A stretch of DNA of 64,000 nt from positions 17,236,001 through 17,300,000 of the forward strand of contig CM120642.1 in the NCBI GenBank assembly GCA_051362555.1, given 5' to 3'. Of the stretch, positions 52,301 to 64,000 are shown one piece after another. Source of the DNA: Lingula anatina (Eukaryota; Animalia; Brachiopoda). A program made the translations under genes and the position numbers. The first letter of the stretch is position 1. Every line of letters begins with the position of its first letter. The notes below the pieces were generated by a model. The model saw only the letters and a program-made list of their open reading frames with translations. It was not told where the DNA came from and did no database searches.

Positions 52301-52423
52301 GGTGAGAGTGGAGATTGGAAACGTCACTTTACTGTTGCACAAAACGAAGAGTTCAACAGACACTTTAACGAAAGGCTTAAAGACACTATCTACGCCAAGA
52401 AAATTGGATACGAATTCTTGTAG
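48248..52423 (+). CDS. SULT copy 2: cytosolic sulfotransferase (SULT1-like), about 301 aa; first donor is GC
   Basis: Exons 48248-48283, 49003-49156, 49646-49969, 50299-50396, 51328-51499, 52302-52423, the same lengths as copy 1; all motifs intact. Confidence 0.88.
49293..49328. repeat. (CA)n microsatellite in SULT copy 2 intron 2
   Basis: CA run expanded relative to about 34721-34734. Confidence 0.85.
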
Positions 52424-53623
52424 ATTTATCTACGAGACATAAATAATCATATTGGGGAGTGCTATGACTATACGGCACTATCCTCCTCAATCTTTCTGAG
52501 TGAAAGCACCTTAAAGTTATGTCAGAATAGACAATAGACAAATCATGGGTTGAACTACAGGAAGGTTGATAAGGGCAAAAAAGGGCAAAAAAAGTATATA
52601 TAAATATAAATTACTTAAATTGTACTCGAGAAATCATACGCCTACGCTGCCTTTTCTATATTAACATTCTGCTTAATAATTATACATAGCATTCCATTAT
52701 TTTTTCCATCAAATATATTTAATCAACTTACATGTAAATTAAGAGCTGTATACCAGGAACGAAGTATACAAAGTGAATTTTAATGCTGGTGGTGTAAGTA
52801 GAGGCTATACTCACCAATGTGTCAGTAATTGTGCCAGTCCAAGCTTCGCTTATTGAATTGTTTTTTGACATTTTATTTGTGTCAAACACTTCACTTCAAA
52901 TATCAGTATTTGTAATTATGATATTCCTATAAATAAAAACAACCTCTTGATTAGCGTCATGGTGAAAAAAAATTACGTTTTGTGTAATTGTGTTATGACG
53001 TCTTCACTTTATGCGGCAATCGAATTTTAGTAGAGTTTGAGGTTATAATTGCGTTGCGTTTGCTAAGTCTTTGATATAGCAGGTGGGTGCAATCGCACTC
53101 GCAAATAACGCGGAATCGGCATGCTCTCGCCCGCTCGCAACATATCGAAGCTTTCGAGATATGGGCCCGGGTCGCTCGCAGTTTTACAGGTGAAATCAAA
53201 ATTCGGTCGTTCAAATTCGGACGCACAAGGGACGCAGACGCCTCAACACTTAGACATCGTGATCGTGAAACTTTGTAGTTGATTTAAGGGCGGATGGAGG
53301 CTGTCTTCTGGGTCTTTCGGAAGACGGTCAAAACTATTAAAGTTTACATTGACGGACATCGAATTTTTTTCTAACGGAAGAGGGTACAAAAATAAGATTT
53401 CGTTGACTATCTTCTTATTTTGTCTGTCACGGTCTTCCGTATTCATATTAAAAGCTGACAGTATTCCAAATTAACTACCCTTAGTTGAGCTTACTACTTT
53501 ATGATTTCAATTCAATTTCAATTTATTTTATTAAAGTCTCACCCATAGATACAATTTAAAACAATAAAAATTAAAACAGTCATCAGGCAGTTCTATACAG
53601 AGAACTATGAGAGACTAAAAGAA

Positions 53624-56600
53624 CTAATTACAGTTTAAATACATAAAATTTCTTCTTAATCCTAAGAAAAGGCTACAGGCTTTGGCAGTGCTAAAAATCA
53701 TTTTTGGATCATCAATCAGGAAAAGAAATTTGCTAACTTCATCCAGTAGATCAAAATCCGGCTTAAAACATTTAGCAGTTCTAATTAAATCAGTACGATA
53801 ATCATTAAAAAATGGACAATTAATTAAAAAGTGAATCTCATCCTCAACACAACCTGATTCACAGAGTACACACGTTCTCTCCAGCACTGGAAGTTTTTCA
53901 TACCGTCCAGTTACTATTCTGAGTGGGGCCACCCCACATCTCAGCTTAGCCAATGCCCGCCGGTGCTTGAGTGATAAAGTTGGTTTCTTAATGTATTCAC
54001 TAACTACCAAGTCTTGCTTAAACAGTCTGAATAACCTCAGCTTATTTCCACCTCCATTTCTACGTGGGGTATCATCCCATAGCTTCGCCAACCAATCGGA
54101 GTGACATTCAAAAGCTACACTCTCCCTAACACAATTAAGTGTACTAGCCTTCGATATATCATTATCAGTTACATATAAGTGGCTTACTCCTAGATCACTA
54201 AATTTACCTTTAACCCTAGTTATCCAATTTTTCTTTCCATTGTTTGATACACGTAAACTCCATAAAAACACCTTTTTAGTCAACCTATTACAATCCATAT
54301 TAGCTAATCTACACCAGAAATTTGTCACATTAATTAACTGCTTTTCAAAAGGCAAAATCCATCCCATTTCAGCACGGGTGGCAGCGGCTGGCGCGTACCT
54401 ACCCACGCCCAAAAAATACCTACAAGCTCTATTGAAAACAGCATTAATCTGACTAAATTCCTGGAGTCCCCATATAGCAGAACCATATTCTAACACAGGA
54501 GCTACAAGTGCATCGTATAATTTCGTAAAGCATGCATAGGGCATGCCCCCACAAACCTTGCATTTTGCAATCAGAAGACCTAAAGCTCTGCTTGCAGACT
54601 TAGCTATACATGATACAGTCTTATTCACATCAAAGTGTTCAAAATACCACATACCCAAGTATTTATATTTCTCAACAATGTTTACTGTAAAATTGCCACA
54701 TTTAAAAACATAATTTGTTCTAGGTATTTTAGGTGACCTAAAATGAACTATCTGGGTCTTGTCCACATTCAGAGTCAACTGCCATTTATAACACCACTTG
54801 TGCACCACATTAAGCATTGACTGTAAATCTTCCTCATTCTTGGCCAAAAGCACAACGTCATCTGCATAAAGAAGCGAGCAAATCAGCTCATCGTTTACAT
54901 TAATGCCTTTACCCAGAGCTTTCAGATCATGTACCATATCATTAATGTAAATGTCAAAAAGTAAAGGTGACAACAGGCACCCTTGTTTTACTCCAGTTTC
55001 AATATCAAAGAAACCTGTTGTATAGTTATTTACCCTAACACAGCACTTTGGGTTATCATATAAAGCCTGGAGGGAATTCATAAAATTTCCGCATATTCCT
55101 AGTTTAAATAATTTATACCATAGAAGAGACCTATTAATTCTGTCGAATGCTTTTCTTGCATCGATGTAACAGGCATATATGCTCTGCTTTTGCTTTAAAC
55201 TATTTTCTATTATACTAGACATTACATACATGTGATCTAAACACCCACGGTCTTGTCTAAAACCATTTTGCTCGTCAACTATTATTTCATTATCTTCTGC
55301 CCACGTCGATAATCTCCTATTCAGAATAGATGTGTATATCTTATATATGCTAGATGATAATGTTATTCCTCTATATTCTAGTGGGTTGCATGAATTAACA
55401 CCACTACCTTTCGGTATGGGATTAATGACAGACCTAAGCCAATCACTAGGGACCACAGAATTAGCAAAACAGTACTTAAACAGGTTGTACAAAAATATAA
55501 TAGTTGTATTGTTTTTTAAGACCTTCGAAGGCAGGTCATCAAGCCCGGGGCTTTTACCACACTTAGCACCATTAACTGCAAGCTCAACTTCTTTAAACGT
55601 AATATCAGTGTTAAGACTGGCACTCAAATCTGGTGTATCAAGTTCACCCTGTCTATAACTATAAAGTTTCTCATTAACCTGGGCTAAGAAAGATTTATCA
55701 AAACTATAACTATTTTTATCTGACACACTGAATAGACCTGCATAGTCATTTTGCCATTTCAATAAAACCTCAGTGATATCCGTGGAGACAGTTCCATCAT
55801 CTCTCACTACTTCCATGGGAATGGTACTTTTTCTATCCTTCCGAATTCCGATGCGACCAATATCTCTCCAGAAGTTCCGTGGATCACTGGTTTGTTTTTG
55901 TAAGAGTTCTTCTTGCGATTTACGCCAAAACTGGCGTTTAGCTCGTTGTTTAGCATGGTCAAAATCACGCCGTTTGCTTACATAATCATTTTTTAATTGT
56001 AAAGAGATACTATTATTTGATTTCACTGATGACCAAAGCCGCTCCGAATCCCTGACATTTTCCCACATTATTTGAAGCTCATCGTTCCACCATTCTTTAT
56101 TAGGTCTAAAATACTTCTTTGCCCGGGTGCTTCCACCGCCCACAGATCTATAAGGAAGTTTGGTTTTCATTTCACTCAGTAACACAGATTTAAATTCATT
56201 ATAAACATTATCAATATTTGATTGAGTGAGATCCATCGTGGGAATATTTTGTAACAAAGCATTAATTTTAAGAGAAATTCCATTAGAATTCATGAAGTCG
56301 CTTGGCACTGTATCCACATTAAACTTGTAATGAACTTCCGTTGGCACATGTGAATGGTGAGAGCTGTCAACTGCATTCCAAGGTGAGAGGTCGAATTCCC
56401 AGGAGAGCAGAGAATGGTCGGGTAAGGAACAGACCGGTCTTATGTCTAAAGCATTACATAATTCATTAACCCTTTGCACAGTAAAATTTTGAATCATAGG
56501 TAGGTTCTCATGTGTTGTAATACAATAATCAACCACAGCATGACCACGGGCTGACACAGATGTAAAGTCATTTTTAGATGCACAAGTATCGCGCCCATTA

Positions 56601-57205
56601 ACAATGCAGCAGCTAGTGTTAATCAAAAAATCAAGTAACAAATCACCATATTGATTGGTAATAAAATCGATAGTGTTACGTTCAGGTAGAACATCCACCC
56701 CAGCAATAAAATCTTCATTACTGCCGCACCTGGCATTAAAATCACCACATATAAACAGCGGGCCTTTGTTCTGGTACAAGTAAAGGCTTGTTAACAAGTT
56801 ATTAAAAAAGTCTGTTGGATTACTTCTGGGGGAACTGATTGGGGGCAAATAAGCAACACAAGCAAGGAAATTAAATGACCCTCCAGCATTTTTACTTGTC
56901 AGTTGTATCCAAAGGATACCATCAAAAGAGTCATCTAAAATATTAACATTAAAATCGTTTATGAGTTTCTTAGTAACTAAAAATCCAACCCCCCCAGAGC
57001 CGGACCTAGCCCTGTTGTGCATTGGTCTATTCTGGCCAAACCAAATGTAACCGTTGATATCAATCTTGTCGCAGTTACTGGAGCACAGATGTGTCTCCGC
57101 TAATCCTATTATTTCTAGTTCCTGTTCGATAATTATGGATGACAAAATTGAATGTTTATCCTGATTGGAAGTCCAACCATTAATGTTCCAAAAGCCTGCG
57201 CGAAC
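53624..57205 (-). CDS. LINE ORF2: apurinic endonuclease + reverse transcriptase + C-terminal CCHC zinc finger
   Basis: The open frame extends 20 codons upstream of the ORF-track start (VRAGFWNINGW). Motifs GLAETH, CGDFNAR, VVDY, PDHSLL, KSPGLD, YRGITL, EQNGFR, GVKQGCLLSPLLF, LLYADDVVL, CVLC...EDEIHFLINC. Confidence 0.93.
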   Translation of the reverse strand, partial: VRAGFWNINGWTSNQDKHSILSSIIIEQELEIIGLAETHLCSSNCDKIDINGYIWFGQNRPMHNRARSGSGGVGFLVTKKLINDFNVNILDDSFDGILWIQLTSKNAGGSFNFLACVAYLPPISSPRSNPTDFFNNLLTSLYLYQNKGPLFICGDFNARCGSNEDFIAGVDVLPERNTIDFITNQYGDLLLDFLINTSCCIVNGRDTCASKNDFTSVSARGHAVVDYCITTHENLPMIQNFTVQRVNELCNALDIRPVCSLPDHSLLSWEFDLSPWNAVDSSHHSHVPTEVHYKFNVDTVPSDFMNSNGISLKINALLQNIPTMDLTQSNIDNVYNEFKSVLLSEMKTKLPYRSVGGGSTRAKKYFRPNKEWWNDELQIMWENVRDSERLWSSVKSNNSISLQLKNDYVSKRRDFDHAKQRAKRQFWRKSQEELLQKQTSDPRNFWRDIGRIGIRKDRKSTIPMEVVRDDGTVSTDITEVLLKWQNDYAGLFSVSDKNSYSFDKSFLAQVNEKLYSYRQGELDTPDLSASLNTDITFKEVELAVNGAKCGKSPGLDDLPSKVLKNNTTIIFLYNLFKYCFANSVVPSDWLRSVINPIPKGSGVNSCNPLEYRGITLSSSIYKIYTSILNRRLSTWAEDNEIIVDEQNGFRQDRGCLDHMYVMSSIIENSLKQKQSIYACYIDARKAFDRINRSLLWYKLFKLGICGNFMNSLQALYDNPKCCVRVNNYTTGFFDIETGVKQGCLLSPLLFDIYINDMVHDLKALGKGINVNDELICSLLYADDVVLLAKNEEDLQSMLNVVHKWCYKWQLTLNVDKTQIVHFRSPKIPRTNYVFKCGNFTVNIVEKYKYLGMWYFEHFDVNKTVSCIAKSASRALGLLIAKCKVCGGMPYACFTKLYDALVAPVLEYGSAIWGLQEFSQINAVFNRACRYFLGVGRYAPAAATRAEMGWILPFEKQLINVTNFWCRLANMDCNRLTKKVFLWSLRVSNNGKKNWITRVKGKFSDLGVSHLYVTDNDISKASTLNCVRESVAFECHSDWLAKLWDDTPRRNGGGNKLRLFRLFKQDLVVSEYIKKPTLSLKHRRALAKLRCGVAPLRIVTGRYEKLPVLERTCVLCESGCVEDEIHFLINCPFFNDYRTDLIRTAKCFKPDFDLLDEVSKFLFLIDDPKMIFSTAKACSLFLGLRRNFMYLNCN

Positions 57206-57587
57206 CTATCTCCTTGTTTGTCTTCCATTGTTAATGTTCTCCCTGCCTGTCCTATCGCTCTGCCTGCCCGTACTGCTATCCTTATCACTCTGCTTGCCTG
57301 CCCTACTATCACTGTGTTCAAGCATCACGGAGGTACCTCTAATGTGGAGTTTCCCTTTCCCTGAGTTAATATGGTTCACAATTGCACGGATATTGTTACT
57401 TGTTCTACGCTGATCTGCAGTTGTGAATTCCTCTATGTATACATTTTTAAAGTTCCTTGAATTTTTTAGCAGTTTTTTGGCTTTGAGGATTTCCTTTCTG
57501 TCCTCTGGTTTTGCGCACTTGGCTATTACTAAGCCAGGTAGATCCACTCTACGGCTGGGTTTACGCACTACAGAAACAAACCTGATA
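57206..57587 (-). CDS. LINE ORF1 C-terminal fragment (truncated by the insertion)
   Basis: PGLVIAKC...EILKAKKLLKNSRNFKNVYIEEFTTADQRR resembles the C-terminal part of LINE ORF1 proteins; ends in TAG at 57208-57206. Confidence 0.7.
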
Positions 57588-58571
57588 TTATGACGCAATT
57601 AAAATGCCTGGTTACCAGAAGGTATGCAGGAGCTCGTAAATAATTAAACTTGTTAATTATGCAACGCCGCACTCCCAAGGCCAGGTAAACAGGTAACTCA
57701 ACGTGTCAGATTCTTAGCACGTATACCCTTAGTATGTTTTCAATATCTCTCTCTTTTTTAATGTTATTGGTATTTTTAAGTGACGTTTAATATCGATATT
57801 TAAAAAAACAAGTGAGTTCAGACACGGTCGCAAATATTCATGAAGAGATCACTCTCAGGGTATCTTGAAGCATTACAGTACCTCCGTGGATGAAAAGGTG
57901 TTTGAGGAAAAAAAGAGAGGTAAGAGATTTGGAACCGTCCGAATAAAATGGTTTGGAGTCCTGATTCGTTAGATGAAAAAGAGTGTTGTGTCCTTTGAGA
58001 ATTTATTTATTTGTTTCTAAAGAGTATTTCAACCGAAATGTTTATAATTTAAAACCAAAGTGGAAACCTGTACGTGGAACGCATTCGTGGATGACGTGAC
58101 TTTACAAGAATTTTGGATGTCTAAGACGTTTTATACGTCGAGGCACAAACTAAAGCACCACACGGCCTATTGTCTTTTGACGGGAAGAGTGCTTTAAACA
58201 ATAAATTGGTAACTAGTACGGATAACAATTCACGGATAATGTCGCTATTAATTACCTGAGTACACCCTTTGTTGAGGAGAAAGAATACGTGATAACTCGA
58301 TGTTCAGTGCCCATCTAAGTTACTCAATAACACCTATTCCGTGGAAGATAATGCATTCAGGGAAAATAACCAGAGGGTGAATTGCACAACATTTGTTCAT
58401 TTGATTGACTCACTTAGGTCATTTTCAATAAAGGCTGAATTAGAACTAAACGCTCCATTGTGTGTCGTTCATTCTGGTCTGTATCGGCGCATGCGCAGTC
58501 CAAGTCATAGTTGACTGATTTATCAGGAAGACATTCTACCGGAGCAGCCAGGAAGACCAGTAAATAGCGCG

Positions 58572-61500
58572 ATGAAGTGTCTTTTGGCCTTGATGCTAGT
58601 TTTCACAGGTATTATCTTCGTTCTCACGTCATCTTGTTTAAGACAGTAATTCGGACATGTGGGGAAGCTAATCAGGTTTAGACTAGACAGATTTAAAATT
58701 TAATTACGACAGTTTGATCTGCGACAAAGAATAGCTGTAGAATAGCTGACATTGGTCAGTTTTCTCTTGATAAAGTCACACAATAAGGGTTAGTCTTTAT
58801 AAAAGGTATTAGTAAAATTGTTTTCCCGGAAATTTCAACATTTCTCTCCAAATCGGCAAGATTTTTATATCGGACACCATTGACAAAATTATTCTAAAAA
58901 TGTTTCTCTTATTATTCTTATTGTTTTAATAGATACTTAGAAATAACGTTTCATATTTGGTATTGCTTAATCGCATCATTTTAAAAATACACCGTGAAAA
59001 CATTTCTCGTGGTCTCTAGATAAGATAATAAAACAAAGTCATTCTTGGCCAAATAAAGAGAGTCACACACCTACCTGTAGCTATCATCTAACATCTACAA
59101 TGTAGGGGGTCTTGATAATGTGAATAGCAATTTCGCGCAAAGCAAGCTCCCCAATTCTAACATATGCCTCAAGGAACGCAAGACCATTGCCTCATCTATA
59201 GTGTAATGAGGACGTAATGACGCTACCTGCAGGCAAGGGAAAGGTCACGGTGACAAGGGACACTAACACCTACAAGCAAAGATGGCCGAAATGTTGTCCT
59301 ATCCTAACACCTATTAGACTCTACTTTAATTGCAATAGTAATAAAAAGATAGTTGATGTACTTTCATTTCTTTACTAATTAGATATATATCCATTTGCTT
59401 TACAGCCCCGTTCACTAGCATGCAATGGACCTCAAAAGAAGAGACTGCATTAGACGCCTTGATAATGGACGTTCTGTCCTGCTTTAACATCCCAGGGTTA
59501 TCGTTAACACTGGTGAAAAATGGGCGTATTATTTTGGCGAAGGGCTACGGAGTAAAGGACGAATTGAGCCGCGAACCTGTTAAAAACACTACACTGTTTG
59601 AAATAGGCTCGTTGACGAAAGCCTTCGCAGCAACTTTGCTATCGAACGAATTATATGGAATGGGGTAAGATTAAAACCGATTTGTTTGTAATTTGGTACA
59701 TGTAAATAGGCTATAACTTCACAATCGTATGGAGCCGTATATTTTACTAACATTGATTTTGGTTTGTGCAGGGTGAGTTATTGCATGTACATGAAATTCG
59801 TTTGTCAATCCCTCTGTTGAACATAAATTGTTGGTGGAATATTATTTGTTCGATTTTTCCCAAACATTTTTTATGTCATTCCATGAGGTTTTTCAAACTA
59901 GACTAAATATATCAACTACGATCGAAGGCTAAGTGATAGATTGTTCTTTTCTGACTGAGAGCTTAAACCACTATCATATAGGACTTATTTATTAATTTTT
60001 GTCTTTGACTCCAAAATTAATTATGAACATGATTGTAAAACAAATGCGATTTTTTCCCCTCAGACTTCACTTAGACACACCGCTGACGTCAGTGGAAGGA
60101 CTACGCGATTTGAAATTTTCAACGGAAGAACTGACGTCACATGTCACTGCTCGGGACCTTCTCAGTCACAGGACGGGCATTCTCAACTACGACAAGGCCA
60201 GATTGAATGGACAGATAACGTTAGACAACCTTGCTGAGTAAGCCAAAATAACAACTATCATTTGTTAAAGACGTCCAGTTTCAGACGCAACAAGCTGGAT
60301 TCATTACAATATAGATGAATCTGTTTATCAGACTTACTTTTAAGATCTTTAAAGTTGGAAGTTCTTTTAGTTATAAAGTGTTCATTCGACAGTGGCGGAT
60401 TTTGGGGGTGGGGAATCTGGACCCCCTGACAGCCCCCCCCCCCCCCTTGATTTCTGAAAAAAATCACACCAATGGTCCCATGTTGAAATTTGAATTTTGA
60501 CTAGCCGAATCATAATTCTAATCCGTACCAAATGACACCGTTCGCCCTTTAAAATACCAAATTTTCAGCGGGCCTCGAACCCCAAGCCAAGGAGAGGGGG
60601 CGGGGGCGGCTTGGCATCCTCGGCTTGACATTCCTAAAAACCGGACTCCCTTTCAAATAATCCTGGATCCGCCCCTGCTTATATTCTAGAATCACATCGG
60701 TTATTAGTCGTGTTTGTATGCTTTGTTTTTAGACACCTACCGGATTTCGAAGCAGGCTATCCTCTCAGAAGCAAATTCCTGTACAACAACCTCATGTATG
60801 GACTAGTTGGTCACGTGACACAACGTCTGACCGGGAAACGCTGGGCAGATGCCGTGCAGGACGAGTTGTTGACACCATTACGCATGCTCAATACTGCCGT
60901 TCTCAACTCCACCAATTATGAACAATTTCATCTGCCGACACCTTACCATTTTCCCTATGACAAACCTGATGCACGTCGAGAAATATCAACTGATATCTTG
61001 AAGTAAGTGCTCTTTGATTTGAGGGTCAAATTCAATACTTTTTTTTTGTTCTTTTTTAACATGAAATTCAGAACAGGTCTTTCATTTTGTGTATTCATTA
61101 TCGGTATACATGTTATTGCAAACTAACAAAAATCCTGATTATATTTTTTTTTACTTCATTTTACAGATTATGGTCGATGAATCCCCCATCAATGGCTATC
61201 GTTTCCGATGCAATAGACATGGGGAAATGGCTACTGTTTCAACTTAACGAAGGCAAGGCGGAGGGCGGCCTTCAAGTAGTTTCGAAGAAAGCCCTTGCAG
61301 AAGTTTACAGACCAGTGATTCTAGCACTTCATCCCCGCAACAAACTAACAGTCCGGCCCACTACTCCGGTCACATTGCTTTTTGAAGAATATGGCTGTGC
61401 TTGGAAAAGTGGCCATTACCGAGGTACAAGAAGTTTGGCTGCCACTTTTCAGTCATAATAAGTGATTTTAATTATTTTCCATTTACTTTATTAATTAAAT

Positions 61501-62916
61501 AATTGTTTGTTTGTTTGTTAATCCCTTCCTTTCTTTCTTTCTTTCTTTGTGGTTGATGAAGAAAGATGTTTGAGAATATTCTTTCGGTTATTTCATTATC
61601 ATTTTAATCAAGTCTTCCATGTGCGCATAGTCCTCTACCTCTCTTAAGACCCTATGAAAAGGGACTGATGACCCAGTAACGCTGCCTTAATTCTTTGTAT
61701 TATTTACTTAATCTCTGCCTGAACGCACAGTGGACTTTTATTATACACCTGGAACCTACTAGTATATGACCGTTTATACAAGGACCCCATTCCCATATAG
61801 ACACACCACAGGCCCACGTACCGATAGATCGATCCAACTCTGCAGGGACTCTCGCTAAGTGCAATCAGCTCTACTAAATGGCACACCTCCTTTCCAACGT
61901 ACTCGAGTATTCACCAACTTTTTTTGTATAATACATTAATTAGACCAAGGCGAGAAGTGTTAACACATTTACCTGATTGTACTCAGCAAGAGTCCCCAAA
62001 GGATTGGGTCGATTCACGTAGACCGATCGATGGTGTCTATGGAATTGGGCCTAAGACGCACTAAACAAGTGGGACCTAGAATTATATTAAAGTTATTATA
62101 CTCTGTCACCTTATTGTTCTCGTAACAGAGACAGGTAAATTTTTAATATTTGCAAGAAGGAGATAATTTAATGGAATTGTGACAGCATGAGATATGGAAA
62201 AAACGGTTAGGGGTTTATATATATTTTTATTCCCATTCCTCTTTTTAGGATATCCTATAGTGGCGCACACCGGGTCAACTCACGGATTTTCTTCCATTCT
62301 CGCATTTATTCCATCAAAACAGAGTGGCATATATTTGAATTTCAACGCAAACGACAGGCCTCACCTGCGAAGGCACGTGTTGATGGCGCACTTGTTGGAC
62401 ATCGTTTTGGAGGAGAAACCATGGCTGAACAGTTCCACGATTTGCACATTTCCCGCACCATTCGCTCAGTGGCAACACATCGCCAAGTCTGGAGTGAACA
62501 AAACCCCGGATACAGTTGGAGCAGGAACAAGACCACTCAACAATTATGCTGGGCAATATCATCACCCTGTATTTGGCACCGTCACCGTAGTACATAACGC
62601 CACAGAGCCGTTTCTCCGCATGTTTTATGGACCGCTAGGACAGTGGGTGCTTCATCCAAATAAATCTGATGAATTTTATGGGGAGGGCGAGGGCGCCGTT
62701 TGGAACTTTGTTCTTTCGGGTCTCAAGTTCGGTAGCCAAAACAAAAAAGGTGGTGAAATTGATGTTTTAGTCATAACATCTTTTGAAGAGAGAAAACCCC
62801 CAATTTTCCTGAAGGTGACGGGAATACAGACGACATTTGTTTCGGATATAGGCTTTCTCTCTTACCTCATGTTAGGTTTGTTTACTTTACTGGCAAGGTA
62901 TAAGTTGAAAAAGTAA
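58572..62916 (+). CDS. BL3: beta-lactamase / PBP-like protein, about 554 aa
   Basis: Exons 58572-58608, 59406-59664, 60064-60237, 60733-61002, 61167-61423, 62249-62916; SLTK, YNN and HTG motifs intact; tail IGFLSYLMLGLFTLLARYKLKK. Confidence 0.9.
60390..60677. mobile_element. MITE (CAGTGGCGGAT...GGATCCGCCCCTG) in BL3 intron 3
   Basis: Inverted termini; equivalent position to 44446-44679. Confidence 0.65.
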
Positions 62917-64000
62917 ATTTGAACATTAAAATCGTTTAAAATTAAAGGAAATTATTTTTGTACATGTATATATCTGAGCGATAGGATTGCGGAGGCTTAG
63001 GTCTAGCCTACAGCGATAAGGGCCTACTAGCCTACAGGCCTAACTTATATATATTTGACTCCTATTTATTAGTAGTTTTAATAGTTTTGTTTAGTCAATC
63101 AAATAACCCACCCAACATAGAATGTAACGCATCCATTAAAGATGCATACAAAGTCAATTTTTTGTCACAAAAACCAACCAAATGCCAGCATATAGTTTCA
63201 AGTAGTATAACCAAGAGAATTACCAAAAGGCATTGTTTAATTTTACCCGAAAATGATGTTTGAACGGATTTTTCTGCTGGCATTCTAAGCTGTATGTCAA
63301 TGGGGCAGAAAAGTAGGTCACGAAAGTAGGTTAAATTTACGACCAAAAATTTAAAGAAAGGAGCAGTCTAAAGGTCTTTTATGGCTGATCGAGTGATCTA
63401 TTCAGTTTATCCCTTGGCATGTCGAATTTATTTGAGTCATATAAGAAGCTTGTAGAAGTGGTTTACATGTGTTACTTGGAATCCACGCTCCACCGATGCT
63501 CGGTTCGTATGTACCTTTAAGTATTGGTACATATAGATCGAGACACTTTGTAATTGTGAGAGCAACTTACACACCATATGCCTACGTACCGGTAATTTAA
63601 CATATTTAAACACATCACCCTACATTTTTATTATTTCCAGGATAATAATGTAAAATTCACTACGAGTAGATCTGTAACCCCCTCTGTGTATTTGTAGACT
63701 CGTCTGTGCTAGCCCCGTTGCTGTCACTGTATTTAGGTCAAATTATTGCATAGCGGGTAGTAACGTGTTCAGTCTCGTGAGGGGTATCGGCTGGACTTCG
63801 TTGGCCAGTAACCCCCATGTTACAGAGATTATTAAATGGCGTGATCGATCTGGTGAGGGGTATTATGCGGATCTTACAGTTTTGGCCAGGAACCCCGATA
63901 TTGGTAAGTTACTCTTAGAATGCATGTTCGTCACTTGCTCACACGGTACCTACAGGTTACACGCCGGTCTAGTTCTAGGAAGATGCATCGCCGTAATTTC

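Larger units (their letters stand above)
53505..57587 (-). mobile_element. 5'-truncated non-LTR retrotransposon (APE-RT LINE; RTE-X or CR1-group, clade tentative)
   Basis: 6-bp TSD TTATGA (53499-53504, 57588-57593); empty site at about 40060 (CTTTATGACGAGATTAAAATGCC); 3' end on the minus strand AATAAAATAAATTGAAATTGAATTGAAA; partial ORF1 and uninterrupted ORF2. Confidence 0.93.
31970..62660 (+). repeat. Tandem segmental duplication: unit 1 about 31970-46690, unit 2 about 46690-62660
   Basis: Colinear, highly similar coding, intronic and intergenic sequence. Differences are a Tc1 (unit 1), a LINE (unit 2), a deletion of about 1 kb near 53258, and microsatellite lengths. Confidence 0.88.

Noticed and set aside
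54240-55985. Plus-strand ORFs inside the LINE
   Set aside because: Antisense shadows of ORF2.
26070-62916. Beta-lactamase genes as bacterial contamination or true antibiotic-resistance genes
   Set aside because: They have five spliceosomal introns with animal transposon insertions; the motifs indicate the fold, not beta-lactam hydrolysis.
63095-63346. 83-aa hydrophobic minus-strand ORF
   Set aside because: No recognisable family, non-ATG start in the ORF track and no clear splice context; cannot be supported without a homology search.

Overview
AT-rich, intron-rich animal genomic DNA, probably a marine invertebrate such as a mollusc (inferred from gene families and repeat types, not proven). 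Left third: a head-to-head pair of housekeeping genes, ANAPC2 (minus strand, runs off the left edge) and ACTR5/ARP5 (plus strand, 20 coding exons), with start codons 224 bp apart. Right two thirds: a tandem array of three 6-exon genes for a signal-peptide-bearing, C-terminally anchored serine beta-lactamase/PBP-like protein (SxxK, YxN, HTG), alternating with two 6-exon cytosolic sulfotransferase genes (BL1-SULT1-BL2-SULT2-BL3). BL2 is a BL3/BL1 chimera, as expected from unequal crossover or a haplotype mis-join in the assembly. Mobile DNA includes a long-TIR foldback element with a 9-bp TSD, a Helentron-associated (HINE-like) element with internal tandem repeats, a decayed Tc1, a 2.1-kb TIR element with a 3-bp TSD, several MITEs, Penelope fossils, and a young 5'-truncated LINE whose AUG-less ORF2 follows ORF1 in frame after a single TAG. 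Several exon fragments have been locally duplicated (decoy splice sites, an inverted exon copy, extra first exons). All exon coordinates were read by eye and no database searches were run.
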